Shown here: in pieces, positions 59,680 to 64,000 of the stretch | Position numbering within the stretch: the stretch's first letter is position 1 | Layout of the letters: every line of letters starts with the position of its first letter | Source of the DNA: a virus | Taxonomy: Duplodnaviria > Caudoviricetes | IMG/VR virus record: IMGVR_UViG_3300006153_000386 | Location: 32,438-96,437 of that record | Reading direction: 5' to 3' (one strand) | Length of the DNA: 64,000 nucleotides | Notes under the pieces: model-generated | What the model was told of the DNA's origin: nothing | Seen by the model: the letters and a program-made list of their open reading frames with translations, nothing else | The model's database searches: none | Position numbers and translations under genes: made by a program

Positions 59680-59918
59680 TTTCAAAAGAGGTCAAGAATA
59701 ATATGGAAACTATTTTAATGGGAGAACATAATGTTTGGAAGATTTTAAAAAAGGATAGATATACAGAAGAAGGAATTAAGAAAATGGAACAAATTTATGA
59801 TTTCTTATCCGTTATGAAAAATACACTTGGTGATTTGACCATACAAGAATTTTTTAATATGTTGAATGAAAATAACGATGAAGTATTTTTCATTTTATCT
59901 ACTATGGCACGAGAATAA
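59628..59918 (+). CDS. Hypothetical protein (likely start about 59703)
   Basis: ORF after junction site. Confidence 0.45.
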   Translation: MVSVKSRCKIYRANKCLISKEVKNNMETILMGEHNVWKILKKDRYTEEGIKKMEQIYDFLSVMKNTLGDLTIQEFFNMLNENNDEVFFILSTMARE

Positions 59919-60228
59919 TAAAGATGCAAGGTATGGATTTTGTATGAATAAATTGTATAGTTGGGATTTATATGATAAAAGCAAAATTGATTCACGAAGA
60001 CTTGCAACGACAATACATGAAGCATGGATAACTTCTGGATATGTAATTGCTGAAAATATTGATGAAGCAAAAGAAAAGATAGGTATGAGTTTTGATTTGG
60101 CAAATGGAAAATATGTCCTGAACTTTGATTTAGGTGAATCATTTATGAACAAATATTATATACAGGATGATAAGAATTCCGATGTTTTTATAGAAGAATT
60201 TTTATTAGAAGAAGATGAGAAACAGTAA
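59866..60228 (+). CDS. Hypothetical protein (likely start about 59944)
   Basis: ORF in operon. Confidence 0.45.
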   Translation: MKITMKYFSFYLLWHENNKDARYGFCMNKLYSWDLYDKSKIDSRRLATTIHEAWITSGYVIAENIDEAKEKIGMSFDLANGKYVLNFDLGESFMNKYYIQDDKNSDVFIEEFLLEEDEKQ

Positions 60229-60261
60229 CTTGAAATTCGATATTCATTTGGAGGGAAAGAT

Positions 60262-60438
60262 TTGACTAGAGTAGAAGCATTGGATACTGCAAGAGATTTA
60301 CTCATGGACTATTTGGGTGGCAGTCCAGATGCGGATAAGCAGTTTATAGAGGCGTATAATGTATTAACAAGCATGAGAAACAGTATGCAAAAACAGAGTT
60401 TTAAAAATAAGATGAAAAATAATATAAAAGCAACTTGA
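60262..60438 (+). CDS. Hypothetical protein (58 aa, TTG start, not in ORF track)
   Basis: RBS GGAGGG; flanked by sites 60231 and 60436. Confidence 0.55.
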   Translation: MTRVEALDTARDLLMDYLGGSPDADKQFIEAYNVLTSMRNSMQKQSFKNKMKNNIKAT

Positions 60439-60451
60439 AATCCGGTTTTTA

Positions 60452-60646
60452 TTGATATATTTTGGAGGTGTAACAATGACAGAACGAGAAATTTTAAATG
60501 ATATTGAATTTTTGATAGGAAGCTGGTTTTCTGCACTGGAAGATGAAGGTTGTGATCCTTGGGAAGATGAGGTATGTATGAGTATGGCAAACAAATATGA
60601 ATATACAAGGGAAGATTATCAGAAATATTGTAGTAAAATTTATTGA
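60452..60646 (+). CDS. Hypothetical protein
   Basis: RBS GGAGGTG; flanked by junction sites. Confidence 0.55.
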   Translation: MIYFGGVTMTEREILNDIEFLIGSWFSALEDEGCDPWEDEVCMSMANKYEYTREDYQKYCSKIY

Positions 60647-60686
60647 TAATTTAGCAATAAAATGTTGCTTTTAAGAGGAAAACGAT

Positions 60687-60953
60687 ATGAGCAGAAGTTA
60701 TAAGAGGGTTCCATGTTGTAAGGATTATAATCGTGGGATGAAAAAACGTGCAAATAGACATTTGAGGAGGAATTATTTGGATATTCCATCTGGAAGAGCA
60801 TATAAAAAACTGTTTTGCTCCTATGATATTTGTGATTACAGATTTTTGAAAACATTCAGTTCTTATAAAAAGTGGATATCTAAACACATTCATGAAAGAT
60901 GTCTAGATGACGAATTGTATAGAAGATGGTATAAATATTATAAAATGAAATAG
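60687..60953 (+). CDS. Basic hypothetical phage protein
   Basis: MSRSYKRVP...YKKLF.SYDICDY. Confidence 0.6.
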   Translation: MSRSYKRVPCCKDYNRGMKKRANRHLRRNYLDIPSGRAYKKLFCSYDICDYRFLKTFSSYKKWISKHIHERCLDDELYRRWYKYYKMK

Positions 60954-61012
60954 ATGAAATCTATTATACAACATAAATTCCGAATAATCTTCATATAATA
61001 AAGTGTACATTC

Positions 61013-61492
61013 TTGACATTGTGTACACTTTTTGCTATGATGGAGGTATCGAAGGAGATGATAGATATGTTGATGGAACAGGCTACTACTGTACGAAAAG
61101 AATGGAGTGCAGTTTGTGATAGTGTTATTCATGAAAAACCTAAATTTATCAAGCGCACGCGAGATAAAATGTGGTTTTCAAATTTGGAAACAATATCTGA
61201 GATTTTAGAAGCATATTATTTTACTGCCACGAAATATATTGAAGGCGATAATTCTGTTACTTTATCGCTTAATGAAATTGATCTTGTAGAGAATGGTAAA
61301 GATGAGAAGGAAGCACGTTTGAATATGGGCATGGCTATATTAGAATATGCTTTGGATTATTATAATGAATATGAAATGTATTCACATAGTCCCAGTAGAA
61401 AGAAACATATCCCTTATATTTTTAAAGCATTGATTATAGATAATCCGGAAAAGATAGGAGATATGTTACAATGCCAAGATGGAAAGAACTAA
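61013..61492 (+). CDS. Putative antitoxin upstream of HicA-like toxin
   Basis: ATTVRKEWS N-terminus; overlaps the HicA-like gene. Confidence 0.6.
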   Translation: MTLCTLFAMMEVSKEMIDMLMEQATTVRKEWSAVCDSVIHEKPKFIKRTRDKMWFSNLETISEILEAYYFTATKYIEGDNSVTLSLNEIDLVENGKDEKEARLNMGMAILEYALDYYNEYEMYSHSPSRKKHIPYIFKALIIDNPEKIGDMLQCQDGKN

Positions 61493-61689
61493 AGAGATTT
61501 TGCGATAGAGATGGATGGGAACTGTATAAAGATACGGATCATTATTTCTATCGAAAAATAGATGATGATGGAAATATCAAATTGACGAAAGTTTCAAAAG
61601 GTTCAGGAGAAATTCGTCCTCATATGTGGAGGGAAATATTAAAGAAGCAGTTACAAGTTACACAAGAATATTTTAACAGTAAAATATGA
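61471..61689 (+). CDS. HicA-like toxin
   Basis: MPRWKELKRFCDRDGW...DHYFY...ILKKQL. Confidence 0.7.
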   Translation: MPRWKELKRFCDRDGWELYKDTDHYFYRKIDDDGNIKLTKVSKGSGEIRPHMWREILKKQLQVTQEYFNSKI

Positions 61690-61782
61690 AAACAAGCATA
61701 AGGCATTTGGAGAATAGTTATCCAGATGCTTTAAAAATATTGTGCGTTTTCAAAATGAAATGCTGTTTTTATAGGTGTTAGA

Positions 61783-62406
61783 ATGGATAAAATATTAGAG
61801 AAGTTAGGAATATATGATCTAATGGTACTATTGCTTACCGGAATGATTATATTGCTTATTACTATTAAAATTTTTCCGATTTTTAATTTTCATATTAAAA
61901 TAGATGCTGATGATTCATTACAATTTTTAATAATCAGTTATTTTATTGGAATGGTTTTTCAAGAATTAGGTTCAAAATTTAGTGGAAGAAAATTATTAAA
62001 ACCAGTGTTTAAAGTATCAAATGATTTACATATTTCTTTATCACAAAAAGAAATAGATTTTATTACAAATACCGTTTGTGATAAACTGGATATTGTCTTT
62101 ACGGACGATTCTGTTTCAGAAATATATAATTATTGTAAATCATGTTATATAAAATCAAATAAAACCACAATAGAAATAGATAAGCAACAATCAGTTGGAG
62201 GTATGGCAAGAAGTTTATCAATATATTTTGTTTTGATTTTTTTAATTTCAGTGATAAAGTTTTTAATTTGCATAAATAGTACATATTTTTTTATGCCTAT
62301 CATAAGTTGCTTTATGGCATACATTTTTTATAATAGGTATGTTAGATTCTTTAAAATGAGATATGTGCTTATACTAAGAGCATTTTATTATGAGAATAAC
62401 AGATAA
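61783..62406 (+). CDS. Multi-pass membrane protein
   Basis: Four hydrophobic segments; flanked by junction sites. Confidence 0.65.
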   Translation: MDKILEKLGIYDLMVLLLTGMIILLITIKIFPIFNFHIKIDADDSLQFLIISYFIGMVFQELGSKFSGRKLLKPVFKVSNDLHISLSQKEIDFITNTVCDKLDIVFTDDSVSEIYNYCKSCYIKSNKTTIEIDKQQSVGGMARSLSIYFVLIFLISVIKFLICINSTYFFMPIISCFMAYIFYNRYVRFFKMRYVLILRAFYYENNR

Positions 62407-62470
62407 TAGATCTTTTTATGTGAAAAAGTCAATAAAAGGCTGGATTTATAGATAGGAGTAAAATTGAAAA

Positions 62471-62692
62471 ATGGCTGATTTAAAAGAAAATGTTAAAAGT
62501 GCAATATTAATTCATCCTGGATTAAAAATATTTTGCGAGGGTGAACGTGCTTGTTTAAAATTAGAGAAAGAATTGGTCACAAAAGGGATTAAGGTAAGAA
62601 TAGGGTGTAATGAGTGTAACATGTGGAGTGTGTATATTATATCAGTACCAGATATGGAAGATGTTTTTCCAGATATAATAGACATGAGATGA
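62471..62692 (+). CDS. Hypothetical protein
   Basis: RBS AGGAG; flanked by junction sites. Confidence 0.55.
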   Translation: MADLKENVKSAILIHPGLKIFCEGERACLKLEKELVTKGIKVRIGCNECNMWSVYIISVPDMEDVFPDIIDMR

Positions 62693-62723
62693 AATTCTAG
62701 TTTGATGGATTCGACCAAGAACG

Positions 62724-63467
62724 GTGAGTATTATGAATAAAGGGAAAAAGTTTTTAGATTTTCTTTTGGAAAGATTCAAAATAGAAAGAGAGAAGTTTGA
62801 CAGATCAGGTGTGTATGCATACACGCAGCGTCTGCTTGCCTATAACTCAAATAAGATTGAGGGAAGTACACTTACTGAGGAGCAGACAGCTTCTTTGTTT
62901 GATAATGGAACTTTACCAAAGTCGGACGATTACTATAGAGCAAAGGATGTTGAGGAAATGAATGGTCATTTCCTGATGTTTAATAAAATGTTGGATACGT
63001 TGGATGAAGCATTATCGCAAGATTTGATAAAGCAATTTCATTATGAGTTAAAGTCTGGAGTATTTGAGGATAGGGCTAATGGATATGCAATTGGTGATTA
63101 TAAGCAGCGTCCTAATATGATAGGTATGTATCAAACTGTCAGACCAGAAGATGTTGAGAAAGAGATGGATGTTCTTATGGAATGGTATTTTAGACAGAAA
63201 GCAAATATTTCTGTATTGGCTGAGTTTCATGCAAGATACGAAAGTATTCATCCATTTCAAGATGGGAACGGTAGGACGGGAAGATTGATTCTCTTTAGGG
63301 AGTGCTTGAAGAATGGTGTTGTGCCAGTTGTGATTGAAGATGCAAATAGAAATGAGTATCTGGAGGCATTGAAAGAATATAGAGAAGAAAAAAGTCTGGA
63401 TAAATTGATTACACTTTTTGAAAAAGAGCAGCAGTTTTATTTTGAGAAGTGCAAATATTTTATGTAG
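62724..63467 (+). CDS. Fic family protein
   Basis: YNSNKIEGSTL; HPFQDGNGRTGR. Confidence 0.9.
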   Translation: MSIMNKGKKFLDFLLERFKIEREKFDRSGVYAYTQRLLAYNSNKIEGSTLTEEQTASLFDNGTLPKSDDYYRAKDVEEMNGHFLMFNKMLDTLDEALSQDLIKQFHYELKSGVFEDRANGYAIGDYKQRPNMIGMYQTVRPEDVEKEMDVLMEWYFRQKANISVLAEFHARYESIHPFQDGNGRTGRLILFRECLKNGVVPVVIEDANRNEYLEALKEYREEKSLDKLITLFEKEQQFYFEKCKYFM

Positions 63468-63505
63468 GGTATGAATGTGCAGTTTCATTTTGGAGATAAA
63501 TTATT

Positions 63506-64000
63506 ATGGAAAAAGAGATAGGAACAATTGAAGAATTTATAAGAGAATCATTTAAGATACAAGAAGATATAGAAGTATATAATAATGGGTGGAAAGCTAC
63601 TCATCATAAAGGATTAGCTTTTAGAGGGCATTCAAACAAGTATTACGAATTAATTCCGTCTATTGGGAGAGGTAGAAAATTTTCTTGTGATGTTTCTATT
63701 CTGGATCAGGAGCGTAATTTGATAGAAATGGCAAAATATAAATTACCCCATATATTTCGATCAGATATGTTGCCGATTGCCTTGTTATCTTTGTTACAAC
63801 ATTATGGAGTACCTACAAGATTATTAGACGTAACTTCAAACCCATTAGTATCTTTGTATTTTGCGTCTATAGATGATAATGAAGATGGAGAGGTGTTTGT
63901 TTTTGAGTATAATGATAGCGATAAAGCTAATTATCCAATTATAAATGCGATATCCGAATCGTATAAATTTGCATTTGGAACATTTAATTCCCTTTCTTTA
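63506..64000 (+). CDS. FRG domain protein (3'-partial)
   Basis: AFRGHS...LQHYGVPTRLLDVTSNPLVSLYFA. Confidence 0.85.
   Translation, partial: MEKEIGTIEEFIRESFKIQEDIEVYNNGWKATHHKGLAFRGHSNKYYELIPSIGRGRKFSCDVSILDQERNLIEMAKYKLPHIFRSDMLPIALLSLLQHYGVPTRLLDVTSNPLVSLYFASIDDNEDGEVFVFEYNDSDKANYPIINAISESYKFAFGTFNSLSL

Larger units (their letters stand above)
33348..63487. repeat. Dispersed palindrome T(G/A)AA(A/T)-N6-(T/A)TT(C/T)A at gene junctions (more than 20 copies)
   Basis: Copies start at 33348, 33744, 34053, 34379, 35477, 36718, 37048, 38479, 47320, 48325, 50046, 52360, 55078, 55651, 58133, 59107, 59669, 60231, 60436, 60658, 61756, 62433, 62690, 63472; left-arm copies at 6444, 7556, 9941, 13439. 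Confidence 0.85.

Noticed and set aside
60955-60970. Weak junction-like sites at 60955, 54439, 33091 and 5302
   Set aside because: One arm too degenerate to separate from AT-rich background; not counted
33348-63487. Reading the junction repeats as CRISPR or attC sites
   Set aside because: Only about 16-22 bp, gene-length spacing, no cas genes, no GTTRRRY cores or long attC hairpins

Overview
AT-rich segment of a large temperate phage or phage-plasmid, probably of a Clostridia/Lachnospiraceae-type host (inferred from gene content and Firmicutes-type RBS), with an SPbeta-like layout. The left arm (1-26.4 kb, mostly minus strand) carries portal (partial), terminase, six tRNA genes, antirepressors, a tyrosine recombinase, two HU-like proteins, a metallophosphoesterase, a YonO-type RNA polymerase, a CoiA-like nuclease, a deaminase and two Rep-like wHTH proteins. 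A non-coding, strand-skewed region at about 26.4-28.2 kb marks the switch of coding strand. The right arm (28.3-64 kb, plus strand) is accessory: many small genes, about 9 toxin-antitoxin loci, 3 Fic proteins, a DUF4942 methyltransferase, an IS110, a second tyrosine recombinase, KptA and an FRG-domain gene. Three features stand out. (1) More than 20 copies of a palindrome TGAAA-N6-TTTCA with a different 6-bp spacer each time sit at stop-codon/RBS junctions, suggesting a recombinase-driven gene-cassette array. (2) Repeated regulatory modules (repressor, promoter, structured leader, boxA-like motif) have leaders with 25-31 nt G-U-tolerant complements to downstream terminators or leaders, suggesting an RNA antitermination relay. 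(3) A type I hammerhead ribozyme sits at the start of the rightward arm. All calls come from reading the sequence; no searches were run.
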